64,000 bases of DNA from Thermoanaerobaculia bacterium (lineage in GTDB: Bacteria > Acidobacteriota > Thermoanaerobaculia > UBA5066 > Gp7-AA6), in assembly GCA_038229875.1 (NCBI GenBank), contig JBBROA010000002.1:1713-65712 (forward strand), in the 5' to 3' direction. Under the pieces are notes generated by a model, which made no database searches, was not told the origin of the DNA, and worked only from the letters and a program-made list of their open reading frames with translations. The position numbers were made by a program, and so were the translations under genes. Positions 22,054 to 30,250 of this stretch are shown here, piece after piece (position 1 is the stretch's first letter; each line of letters opens with the position of its first letter).

Positions 22054-22374
22054 TTGTGGCGCGGATCTCGCACAGACGCGGGCATGAGCGCGACGTCCCG
22101 CGAGGTGAAGTGTCGTCTAGAAAAGTCCGGGCACTCCCGCGTGATCGTGTTCCACCGCGAAGACGGCCAGGAGGTTCTCGTCCTGCCCGCGGAACGGGTG
22201 GACCTTCGGACTCTGGAAAAGCTCGAGGCCAATGAGGTCCGCTGCGCGGTTCAGGGCCCGGCGGCCGACGGGACGAGCGCGCTCGAGATGATGAGCGCCG
22301 AGGGGGACCTTCTCTTTCAGCAGAAGGTCTGGATCGGATCGGGTACCTGGAACCGCACCCTGCGAGCGACCTGA
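22054..22374 (+). CDS. hypothetical small protein (start possibly the internal ATG at 22084)
   Basis: Track ORF only. It is located on an unoccupied stretch between genes. No motif recognised. Confidence 0.3.
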   Translation: MWRGSRTDAGMSATSREVKCRLEKSGHSRVIVFHREDGQEVLVLPAERVDLRTLEKLEANEVRCAVQGPAADGTSALEMMSAEGDLLFQQKVWIGSGTWNRTLRAT

Positions 22375-22422
22375 AAAGGTTCCGCTTCGCGCTGCCCGCC
22401 GTGCGGGTTAGCCCCCCCGGAC

Positions 22423-23922
22423 TCAGCTCGAGATCGTCAGGATCGAGTCGAAACCTCCGAACGGATCGACGTCTCGCGCCCCATTTCCCGGATCTTCCCG
22501 CCAGTGGACTCCGTCGATGAGGAGTTTGTAGCGGTACCGCCCCGCGGCGGGAGCCTCGATGGAAACCTTCCAGGTTCCGTCGGGCTGACGCTCGTAACGC
22601 GCGCTCTGGCCGTCCCACCCGTTGAAATCGCCCGCGAGGCACACGCGCCGCGCCTGGTCGTCGCGATAGAGAAAGATGACCCGACCGTTCTCGACCCTCG
22701 GCGTGTGAAGCAGGGGCGCGACGCCGGGCGTTTGGCGGGATCCCTCTTCCGCTGCCGCCTCGACCGCCCGTCCCGCGTGCACGACGCCGAACCCCTGCCG
22801 TTCGGCTGGCGCGCCCTCTATCCGCTCGGCGGTCGAGACGAGCAGCGCCTTCACCTCGGCGGGCGTCAACGCCGGGTTTGCTTCCAGCATCTGCGCGACG
22901 ATAGACGTGACGATCGGCGCCGCGAACGAAGTGCCGTCGACGTGCTGGTAATGGGCGGCGACGATTTTTCTCTCCTTCAGCCTCATGTTGACGGCCTCCC
23001 GGATCGCTCCGGGCTCCGCGCCCCGGAGCTCTTCGGGGAGATCCGCGGTGTCGCCCAGCCGCGCGGAGAGCGATGGAAGCTCTTCGTCGTCCGCCGCGGC
23101 CAGCGCCGAGAGCGCCTCGGCGGCGCGGTACTCGGGTGTCTCGAGAGGGATGGGCGCCGCGACCTCCATCGCGGGGGCGATCAGCTCGGGCTTGGCCAGT
23201 CCGTCGGGAGTGCTGCCGAAGCTCGACGTATAGAGAGCGAACGAGTGTCCGTCTTCCGAGCGCCAGTCGTGGTAACCGCCCACGGTGATCACTGACGGCG
23301 CGGACGCGGGCGGCCGCGCCGTGTGCTCGCTCTGCCCGCCCGAATTTCCAGCGGCCGCGACGACGACGAGACCCCGCGACACCGCCTCCTCGGCGAGCTG
23401 ATTCACCCGGCTTTCGGGAAGCGCGAGGTCCTGGTCGCCTCCCAGGGACACGTTGACGATCCGCACCCCGAACTTTTCGAAGTTTTCGAGGAGCCATTCG
23501 AAGGCGCGGGCGATTTCCTCGTCGTGGATCGAGCCCTCGCGGCCGACTTTGACCAGGAGAAGCCGCGCGGAGGATGCCAGTCCCCGGTACGCCCCGTCCG
23601 AAAGCGTGCCGTCGCCGGCGGCGACGACGGACGTCTGGGTTCCGTGCCACTGCCAGGGCGCGACCAGGCCGGAGGGCGGGAGCTCCGCGGCCGGGTGCTC
23701 CACGTCGTGAAAGGCCACGACCCGGCCGCTCTCGAAGAGATCCGGGTGTGCCGTAAACCCGGCGTCGAGGAATGCGATCGTGATTCCACGCCCGGAGAAC
23801 CGGAGGTCTGCCTCGAGCCGCTCCGCCGTCGGAAGCACGGCGGCCGGGCCGGGCGAATGCGGAGGATGTCGGGGTTCGTTTTCCATGACTTCGCGAAGAG
23901 CGGGCAGGTTATCCCGGCTCAC
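22423..23922 (-). CDS. S8 subtilisin-like serine protease with C-terminal AMPK-beta/CBM48-like carbohydrate-binding domain; no signal peptide
   Basis: Asp in ITIAFLDAGF, His in HGTQTSVVAAGDG, Ser in GTSFAAPIVTSIVA. The C-terminus VIFLYRDDQARRVCLAGDFNGWDG...WKVSIEAPAAGRYRYKLLIDGVHWREDP is glycogen-binding-domain-like. Confidence 0.85.
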   Translation of the reverse strand: MSRDNLPALREVMENEPRHPPHSPGPAAVLPTAERLEADLRFSGRGITIAFLDAGFTAHPDLFESGRVVAFHDVEHPAAELPPSGLVAPWQWHGTQTSVVAAGDGTLSDGAYRGLASSARLLLVKVGREGSIHDEEIARAFEWLLENFEKFGVRIVNVSLGGDQDLALPESRVNQLAEEAVSRGLVVVAAAGNSGGQSEHTARPPASAPSVITVGGYHDWRSEDGHSFALYTSSFGSTPDGLAKPELIAPAMEVAAPIPLETPEYRAAEALSALAAADDEELPSLSARLGDTADLPEELRGAEPGAIREAVNMRLKERKIVAAHYQHVDGTSFAAPIVTSIVAQMLEANPALTPAEVKALLVSTAERIEGAPAERQGFGVVHAGRAVEAAAEEGSRQTPGVAPLLHTPRVENGRVIFLYRDDQARRVCLAGDFNGWDGQSARYERQPDGTWKVSIEAPAAGRYRYKLLIDGVHWREDPGNGARDVDPFGGFDSILTISS

Positions 23923-24263
23923 ACAAAAAAGGGGGCCCGGCCGGCACTCCTCGAGATTCCGTCAGAGCGGAGAAACCGTCAGCTCCTGGCCTACTGCGTC
24001 CTGCGCAGCCCCGTCCGCCACATGTTTTCCATCCTTTTTCGTGTCGTCGAAATGGGATGAGATCGCCGACCTCGAGCGCCGGCTCGGTGACGTTTCCATC
24101 TTTGTCGCTTCGGTCCACTCGAGCAGAACGAACATCGGGAGCGACAGGGTCGGGATCATGAATTCCCTGGAGTTCCGCATGCACGCCTCCGTCGAATTCC
24201 GAAGGAGGAACGGAGCCAGCAGCGCCTGTTCTTCGACTCAGGTGTTAGTCTTCAGATCGATTC

Positions 24264-24608
24264 ATGGCCATCGCTCTCGCCGAAGAAAGTCCCGAAATCC
24301 AGCACAAGTCTCAGCGGGCGAACTTCCGCTGGACGCTGGCTTCGCCGTGGGACGAACAACGCCTGGCGGCTTTCCTCATGGTCAAACACCGCCGCAACGA
24401 CGCGGACTGGACGAGGCGCTCTTCCCCGTTCTTCGCCTCGCTCGGCCAGGACACGGTCGAATGTTCGGTCCCGATCACCGGTCCCGACGCCCTCCCGGAC
24501 CTGGAAAAACTCCTGACGCGCGAACTGCTGGGAATCCTCACCGGCGCGAGCCGGATCCACGACGAAATGGAAACCGGCAGCGACTGGCGGAGAGTCACAC
24601 CGCCGTAG
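24264..24608 (+). CDS. hypothetical protein
   Basis: Track ORF. It is located on an unoccupied stretch and has no recognisable motif. It lies upstream of the repeat element and the DGQHR gene. Confidence 0.35.
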   Translation: MAIALAEESPEIQHKSQRANFRWTLASPWDEQRLAAFLMVKHRRNDADWTRRSSPFFASLGQDTVECSVPITGPDALPDLEKLLTRELLGILTGASRIHDEMETGSDWRRVTPP

Positions 24609-24716
24609 TCGATCGATGTCGAGCGTCGACCCTTCAGCGACTCGTCTTTCCCCGTACCCTTCCCCCGGACAGTTTCCGCCGCGCGCGCGAAATGCACGCA
24701 ACTCCCTTCGGGCCTT

Positions 24717-24951
24717 CTCACCCCGACCCTCTCCCCGAGCGCGGACAGAGGGAGGTGGCGTCTCTCATCTCAATCTCGAATACGCTCGCCCGGAGAGGAG
24801 TCTCCTGACCGAAGGGAAGGAGGAGCCTCTCCGGGCGGGAGCGAAGCGAGCGGAGGGAGAAGGCGGGCGGTCGAAGGCCGCACCCGGCCGAGCCGCCCGC
24901 CGGTGCCGTTCGCGGCCGCGAACGGCAGCTCCCGGAGCGAGCGGAGCGACG
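24717..24951 (+). repeat. structured dispersed repeat, copy A (about 235 bp)
   Basis: About 85% identical to copy B. Internal hairpins are CCCTCTCC...GGAGAGGG, GGCGGGCGG...CCGCCCGCC and GCCGTTCGC-GGCC-GCGAACGGC. It lies in the 5' region of the DGQHR gene. Confidence 0.75.
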
Positions 24952-24984
24952 TTCTATACTCCCCCCAAAGATAAGGGGGCCAGG

Positions 24985-26109
24985 ATGCTGTCCGTTCCCT
25001 CACTCCGACTGAACCAGTTCGGCGTGCGGTTCTATGAGGCTCTGCTTTCCGGAGCGGATCTCCAGACACTCGTTGGTTTTGAGGTGCTGTCCTTCGGGGC
25101 CGGCAGCCAGACGACCCGCGGAAAAGCGAAGGCCGGCGGGCGGGTCAACTGGGAGTTCCTGGAGAAGAAGATCGGCTCGTCCGAACAGGCTTTCCAACGG
25201 CCGATCATCCAGAAGAAGATCGAGGAGCTGGTCGCCTACTACCTCCAATGCGCCGACTCCGGGACCCTGCCGGCGATCGCAGGCAGCGTGCTGTTAGTGT
25301 CCGAGAAGCGCCTCGACTTTGCCCCGTCGGGCGGGCGAAGCGACATCGGGACCCTGAAGCTGCCCGACGAAGGCGGCATCCTTCGAGCCCTGGACGGCCA
25401 GCACCGCCTGCTCGCGCTCCACCAGCTCGCCGAGAAGCACAACCTGAAGGACTTCCAGGTCCCCGCGGTCGTGTTCGACGCCCTGACCGCAGACCAGGTC
25501 GTCGAGCTCTTCGTCACGATCAACAGCAAGCACACGAAGCTGAACCCCTCGCACCTGATCTCTCTCTCGGGGCGCCGGCTCTACCGAGACGAGAATCTCG
25601 CCGCGGCGCACGACGTCATCCGCAGCCTGAACGAGGACGAGCACTCGCCTCTGCGCGGACAGATCAAGGTGCTCGGCATCGGAAAGGGCGCCGTGACGCA
25701 GGCCTCGCTCGCGGACGAGCTCCGCGACGTGTTCGCCGCGATGGACGCGGCGGGCGGGCGCATGGCGAAGGAGTTTCGTGAGAACGCCCGCCGCTTCTTT
25801 CTGAACTACTTCAAGGCCGCGGGGCGCGCTTTCCCGGCGGCGTTCGCGGGACGGAAATATTCGATCAAGAGCGCGACGTCCCTGCGAGCGTTCATCCGGA
25901 TCGTGCCCTACGTCATCGCGATGATCCGGAGCCGCGCCGGAGACGTGTGGTCGTCGGGAGAGCTCGACGCGGCGCTGCGGCCCTGGTCCGAGGCCGTAGG
26001 CGACAAGCGCTTCGAGACGGAAGGCGCATGGAAAGAGAAGATGACCGGCGGGACGCGCTCGGCCGTCGAGATCCTCGCGCGCGAGCTTCGACAGGGCTTG
26101 AACACCTGA
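24985..26109 (+). CDS. DGQHR-domain protein (DndB/DpdB-like, ParB/Srx fold)
   Basis: AAGGGGG Shine-Dalgarno. MLSVPSLRLNQFGVRFYEALLSG...ILRALDGQHRLLALHQL...VVELFVTINSKHTKLN matches the DGQHR family. Confidence 0.8.
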   Translation: MLSVPSLRLNQFGVRFYEALLSGADLQTLVGFEVLSFGAGSQTTRGKAKAGGRVNWEFLEKKIGSSEQAFQRPIIQKKIEELVAYYLQCADSGTLPAIAGSVLLVSEKRLDFAPSGGRSDIGTLKLPDEGGILRALDGQHRLLALHQLAEKHNLKDFQVPAVVFDALTADQVVELFVTINSKHTKLNPSHLISLSGRRLYRDENLAAAHDVIRSLNEDEHSPLRGQIKVLGIGKGAVTQASLADELRDVFAAMDAAGGRMAKEFRENARRFFLNYFKAAGRAFPAAFAGRKYSIKSATSLRAFIRIVPYVIAMIRSRAGDVWSSGELDAALRPWSEAVGDKRFETEGAWKEKMTGGTRSAVEILARELRQGLNT

Positions 26110-26176
26110 ATCGGGCGGCGGGCGGCCGGAACTCGCCGGCGTCTTTTTCGTAAGTCTCAGAGAGGAGCGGACCGCC

Positions 26177-26758
26177 ATGGGAGCCATCGGAGGGTGCCTT
26201 CTGATCATAGTCGTCGGGGCGTTTGCCGCCGCGATCTGGGCCATCTCGCGTTACAACAACCTGGTCACCCTGAAGAACCAGGTGGCCAACGCCTGGAAGC
26301 AGATCGACGTCCAGTTGAAGCGCCGGCATGACCTGATTCCAAACCTCATCGCCTCGGTGAAGGGCGAGATGCAGTTCGAGCAGGACACCCTGGAGAAGGT
26401 CATCCAGGCGCGCAACAGCGCGGTCACCGCGCGCGGCGTGGCCGACACGGCGGAAAAGGAGAATCAGCTCACGCAGACCCTTTCCCGGCTGTTCGCGCTT
26501 GCCGAGAACTACCCGAACCTGAAGGCGAACGAAAGCGTGAAAGCCCTGATGGAGGAGCTGACCTCGACCGAGAACAAGATCGGGTTCGCGCGCCAGTTCT
26601 ACAACGACATCGCCACCCGCTTCAACACGGTTCAGGAGGTCTTCCCCGATCAGTTCATCGCGCGCGCGTTCAACTTCCAGCACGTCGAGCTGTTCGAGAT
26701 CACCGAGCCCTCGGAGCGCGACGTCCCGGCCGTCGACCTGAGCCTGAAGCCGAAGTAG
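26177..26758 (+). CDS. lemA: LemA-family protein
   Basis: An N-terminal TM helix followed by ISRYNNLVTLKNQVANAWKQIDVQLKRRHDLIPNLI...LFALAENYPNLKANE is a typical LemA sequence. Confidence 0.85.
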   Translation: MGAIGGCLLIIVVGAFAAAIWAISRYNNLVTLKNQVANAWKQIDVQLKRRHDLIPNLIASVKGEMQFEQDTLEKVIQARNSAVTARGVADTAEKENQLTQTLSRLFALAENYPNLKANESVKALMEELTSTENKIGFARQFYNDIATRFNTVQEVFPDQFIARAFNFQHVELFEITEPSERDVPAVDLSLKPK

Positions 26759-26825
26759 CTGTCAGCAACCGGCTATCAGCTATCAGACTCGAGCTCCTCT
26801 CGATCGTTTCTCGAGCTGCTCGTTT

Positions 26826-26850
26826 CGTTTTCGCGCGAAACAGTTTTTCC
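26826..26850 (+). terminator. putative intrinsic terminator after lemA
   Basis: TTTCGCGCGAAA is a perfect palindrome and is followed by CAGTTTTTCC. Confidence 0.45.
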
Positions 26851-26881
26851 CAGGCTGAGAGCTGAAAGCTGAGAGCCTCCC

Positions 26882-27856
26882 ATGACAAACCTCTACGACC
26901 AGCAGCGCCACAACCTCCGCCGCACCGCCGGCCTTCTGGCCGGCTTTATCGCCTTCGTCACCGTGCTCGGAATGGGAGGGGATCTTTTTCTCTACGGGTC
27001 GGGCGCGAGCCCCGGCCTGCCCGTCCTGACCATCGGGGCGCTTCTTTTCGGCGGCGGCTCGGCTCTCTGGTCGCTCAAAGGAGGCGACCGGGCCGTCCTG
27101 GAATCCACGCACGCGCGGCCGCTCGACCGGTCGGACCCCCGCCACAAGCTGCTCGACAACGTGGTCGAGGAGATGGCGATCGCGTCGGGACTTCCGAAGC
27201 CTGCGGTGTACATCGTCCCGGACCCGGATCCGAACGCGTTTGCGACCGGCTCCGGGCCGGAAAAGTCATCAATCGCGGTGACCGCGGGACTCCTCGACGT
27301 CCTGAACCGCGAGGAGCTTCAGGCCGTCGTTTCGCACGAGATGTCGCATGTGAGGAACTACGACGTACGCGTGATGACGGTCGTCGCGGCGCTGGTCGGA
27401 TCGGTGCTGCTGATCTCCGACTGGGGCAGTCGAGGGTTGTCGTGGGGAGGCGGCCGGTCGAACGACGACGACGACAGCGGCGGCGGCGGCGGGCTCGGCA
27501 TTGTCTTCTTCGTGCTGTGGGTGGTCTCGCTCGTCCTCGCGCCGATCATCGCGCAGATCGTGGCGATGTCGGTCTCGCGGGAACGCGAATACCTCGCGGA
27601 CGCCACAGGCGCCGAGCTGACACGCAATCCTCTGGCGCTAGCCTCCGCTCTCGAAAAGATCGCCGCGGCGGTCGAGCCGACACGCTCGATCAAGCAGGGC
27701 GTCGCCCATCTCTGCATTGAGGACCCGCGGGGCCGCGCGATCAACGAGCGGGCGGGGATGTTCTCGAACCTGTTCGCGACCCACCCGCCGATCGCCAGGC
27801 GCATCGCACTCCTGAGAGAGATGGCGTATCAGATCCCGGGAGGCGTGAGGGGTTAG
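26882..27856 (+). CDS. M48-family HtpX-like zinc metalloprotease
   Basis: N-terminal TM helices; AVVSHEMSHVRNYD carries HExxH; a second membrane segment and a downstream Glu in EREYLADATGAE. This pairing with LemA is common. Confidence 0.85.
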   Translation: MTNLYDQQRHNLRRTAGLLAGFIAFVTVLGMGGDLFLYGSGASPGLPVLTIGALLFGGGSALWSLKGGDRAVLESTHARPLDRSDPRHKLLDNVVEEMAIASGLPKPAVYIVPDPDPNAFATGSGPEKSSIAVTAGLLDVLNREELQAVVSHEMSHVRNYDVRVMTVVAALVGSVLLISDWGSRGLSWGGGRSNDDDDSGGGGGLGIVFFVLWVVSLVLAPIIAQIVAMSVSREREYLADATGAELTRNPLALASALEKIAAAVEPTRSIKQGVAHLCIEDPRGRAINERAGMFSNLFATHPPIARRIALLREMAYQIPGGVRG

Positions 27857-27877
27857 GGGTTAGGGGTCAGGCCGGGA
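27848..27877 (+). repeat. G-quadruplex-capable telomere-like heptad repeat at the 3' end of the htpX-like gene
   Basis: GGGGTTA, GGGGTTA, GGGGTCA, then GGCCGGG. This gives four or more G-runs. Confidence 0.6.
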
Positions 27878-27916
27878 AGGATCGGGCGCCAGGCGCGAAG
27901 CGCCGCAACGCTCTCT

Positions 27917-28204
27917 CTAATCCAGGTCGAAATCGCGGATCGGTCGCGAGTCGTCCTTCTTGGCCCGGTCGAAGAGCTCGTCGAACTTCCGGTTCAGCAC
28001 GTCCTTCTTCGACTTCTCCGCCTCGACCGAGGCGTTGAATTTCTTTTCGCGCTCGATGTCGTGCGTCTTTAAGGCGCCGATGGCGTCATCGACGGACTGG
28101 AACGTGCGGGCAACCTTCGGCGCCTCATGGGCGATGACCGCCTTCAGCTCCGGGTCGATCTTCAACCGCGCGTTGCAGCAGGGGCAGAGAAGCTCGAAGT
28201 CCAT
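27917..28204 (-). CDS. small zinc-ribbon-like protein (CPCC motif)
   Basis: MDFELLCPCCNARLKIDPELKAV...; 95 aa with a charged C-terminal half. Confidence 0.5.
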   Translation of the reverse strand: MDFELLCPCCNARLKIDPELKAVIAHEAPKVARTFQSVDDAIGALKTHDIEREKKFNASVEAEKSKKDVLNRKFDELFDRAKKDDSRPIRDFDLD

Positions 28205-28320
28205 GGCGGAAGTGTAACGGAGCGAAGGAGGGGAAGCGACCGGCGGAGGCTGAGTCGATTAGCGCTGCGGCTGATTTCGCGTAGTCAGGTGGGCTGAACA
28301 GCATCAACTGCCTGCGGCCC

Positions 28321-28548
28321 CTCACTCCAACCCTCTCCCCCGGCGCGGTGAGAGCTGCGCGCTCGCCCGCGGTGGCGAATACGCTCGCATCGAGAGGAGT
28401 CTCCCGACCAGAGGGAGGGAGGAGCCTCTCGATGCGGGAGCCGCAGCGAACGGAGGGAGCAGGCGAACGGTCGAGCCGACAGGCGAGCCGTTCGCCGGTG
28501 CCTTCGCCGCGACGGCGAAGGCAGCTCGCGCAGTGAGCGGAGGCGACG
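28321..28548 (+). repeat. structured dispersed repeat, copy B (about 228 bp)
   Basis: Homologous to copy A. Its hairpins carry compensatory substitutions: GGCGAACGG...CCGTTCGCC and GCCTTCGCCG-CGA-CGGCGAAGGC. Its 3' end abuts the TAA stop of the Hsp15-like gene. Confidence 0.75.
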
Positions 28549-28549
28549 A

Positions 28550-28945
28550 TTAGAACCCTTTCCGCTCACGGCGCTCCCGGCGCTCGCGCCGGTCGGGGCG
28601 GCCGGCGTCCTCGCGGGGCGCTAGCATCCGGTCCAGCCTTCTCGCTTCCGCCACCTCGGGAGACGGCGGCGGGGTTGTGTCCTCGTACAGCTGACGCGCC
28701 TGCGCCTTCGGGATCGATCGCGAGGCCAGCCCCTTGACGACCAGGATCCGGGAGTCTCCCCGCGAGGAGCTGATCGTGAGCCGATCGCCGATCCGGACCT
28801 CGCGGTGCGGCTTCGCACGCGCGCCGTTGACGTCGACTTTTCCTCCCTCGATCGCCGCTTTCGCCTGGGACCGCGTCGGGTAGACGCACGCCACATCGAG
28901 CCAGACATCGAGTCGGACGGTCGTCGCGGGGTCGGAGGCGCTCAG
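28550..28945 (-). CDS. Hsp15/HslR-like S4-domain RNA-binding protein (start uncertain, probably non-canonical)
   Basis: VRLDVWLDVACVYPTRSQAKAAIEGGKVDVNGARAKPHREVRIGDRLTI is an S4 domain. The C-terminus is Arg/Glu-rich. The only in-frame start after the EAL stop is CTG at about 28945. The longer track ORF reads through the EAL gene region. Confidence 0.6.
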   Translation of the reverse strand: MSASDPATTVRLDVWLDVACVYPTRSQAKAAIEGGKVDVNGARAKPHREVRIGDRLTISSSRGDSRILVVKGLASRSIPKAQARQLYEDTTPPPSPEVAEARRLDRMLAPREDAGRPDRRERRERRERKGF

Positions 28946-30126
28946 AGCTCGAAGCCCTCCTCCGATTTGAGGGACGGCGCGACTTCCGGCACCGGACTCT
29001 CCCCGCGGGGGGCCTCCGGACCTGGACCCGCGGCCGCCGCATGTGCGCCGAGCCACGAGAGAAACTCGGGCGTCGCCGTCCCCGGCTCTTCGGACGGACG
29101 GGCGAGAAAATATCCCTGCGCCGCGAAGACGCCTTCGGACAGACAGACGTCCAGGTCCTCGGGGTTTTCGATGCCTTCTGCGATCAGACCCACGGACGCG
29201 TCGCGGGCAACCTGCGCCAGGAGGCGGAGCACCGCCCGGCGCGGCGGATCGGCCGAGACGCCCCTCGTAATTTCGCTGTCCACCTTGATCCATCGCGGCG
29301 CGAGCCCCGCGCAGTAGCGGATGGTGTCGTAACTCGAGGTGATGTCATCGAGAGCGATCGAGACTCCGAGGTCGTGCGGCACCGCGAGCGCCGATCCGAG
29401 ACGCTCGAGCGATTCGACGCGTTCCACCTCGACGAGATCGAGCGCGAGGCGCGTGTACGGAAACTGCACGCGCTCGGCCTCGACGCCGAGGCCCGACAGG
29501 CCGCCTTCGCCGGCGAGCAGGCGCGGGTTGACGTTTAAGAAAAGCATGGAGTCAGCCGGCAGCCGCGATGCCGCCTCGAGGACGTTCACCCACGAGATCC
29601 GCTCGAACGCGAGCGCGATCCCAAGGCGCTGCGCCGCCGGGAAGATCTCGGCGGCGAGGCGAGTCGCCCCTTCCGGGGTGCGGACGCGAAGAAGTCCTTC
29701 GAAGCCGACGGTTTCACCCGTACGCAGGTCGAAGATCGGCTGGAACTCCACGAACAGCGCGCCCGCCGAGAGGGCGTCGACGAGCCACAGCGCTCCGACC
29801 TGCCGGGCCGACGCCGGAAGCGGGGCGAGATTCCCAATCGCGTCCCATTTCGTCTGTGCCGGGTCCTCGGGCGCCACGCGGACGTGCTCGGCGAGCGGCC
29901 CTAAGGCCTCCTCCATCCTGGCGAGGAGCTCCGCGGCCGAGCGCTCGACCGCAATCCGCCGGGACCGTCCATAGATCTGCCCTCGCGTCCAGACCTTTCC
30001 GAGCGCGGCGGAAAGCGCGCGCTCTGCATCCGGACCATCCGGCCGGACAAACAGCGCACGCGCTTTCCGCCAGCGTTCGAGTCGGGCGAGAGTCCGAGCG
30101 TCGAGAAGCCCGCCGGTGGAGAGCAC
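28942..30126 (-). CDS. EAL-domain protein (putative c-di-GMP phosphodiesterase) with uncharacterised N-terminal domain
   Basis: EFQPIFDL, LLRVR, FLNVN, ALDDITSSYD, WIKVDSE, LIAEGIENPED and AQGYFLARP cover most of the conserved EAL residues. Confidence 0.75.
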   Translation of the reverse strand: MLSTGGLLDARTLARLERWRKARALFVRPDGPDAERALSAALGKVWTRGQIYGRSRRIAVERSAAELLARMEEALGPLAEHVRVAPEDPAQTKWDAIGNLAPLPASARQVGALWLVDALSAGALFVEFQPIFDLRTGETVGFEGLLRVRTPEGATRLAAEIFPAAQRLGIALAFERISWVNVLEAASRLPADSMLFLNVNPRLLAGEGGLSGLGVEAERVQFPYTRLALDLVEVERVESLERLGSALAVPHDLGVSIALDDITSSYDTIRYCAGLAPRWIKVDSEITRGVSADPPRRAVLRLLAQVARDASVGLIAEGIENPEDLDVCLSEGVFAAQGYFLARPSEEPGTATPEFLSWLGAHAAAAGPGPEAPRGESPVPEVAPSLKSEEGFEL

Positions 30127-30174
30127 TGCTTGGAATTGTAAGCGACGGAGGGGGCGGAGCTGTCGGGGATCCAG

Positions 30175-30220
30175 TTCTCAGCTGTCAGCCACTCGTCTTC
30201 TCAGCTGTCAGCCACTCGTC
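30175..30220 (+). repeat. 23-bp tandem direct repeat, two copies (TTCTCAGCTGTCAGCCACTCGTC)
   Basis: Perfect duplication in the EAL/acs intergenic space. It contains the CTCAGCTGTCAGC core that is also seen at 26758 and, reversed, at 39881. Confidence 0.7.
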
Positions 30221-30250
30221 TCCCGGATCGAAAGGCCAGGCGATTCAACC

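Noticed and set aside
21818-23650. 610-aa minus-strand ORF and 22504..23295 (+)
   Set aside because: Alternate frame and antisense of the S8 protease gene. The translation is an Arg/Gly/Pro low-complexity run.
25294-26244. 316-aa minus-strand ORF
   Set aside because: Antisense to the DGQHR gene, which has Shine-Dalgarno and motif support.
27848-27877. Possible CRISPR array suggested by short tandem repeats here and at 30175
   Set aside because: The units are 7 bp and 23 bp, occur only 2-3 times, have no spacer structure and no cas genes. They are not CRISPR.
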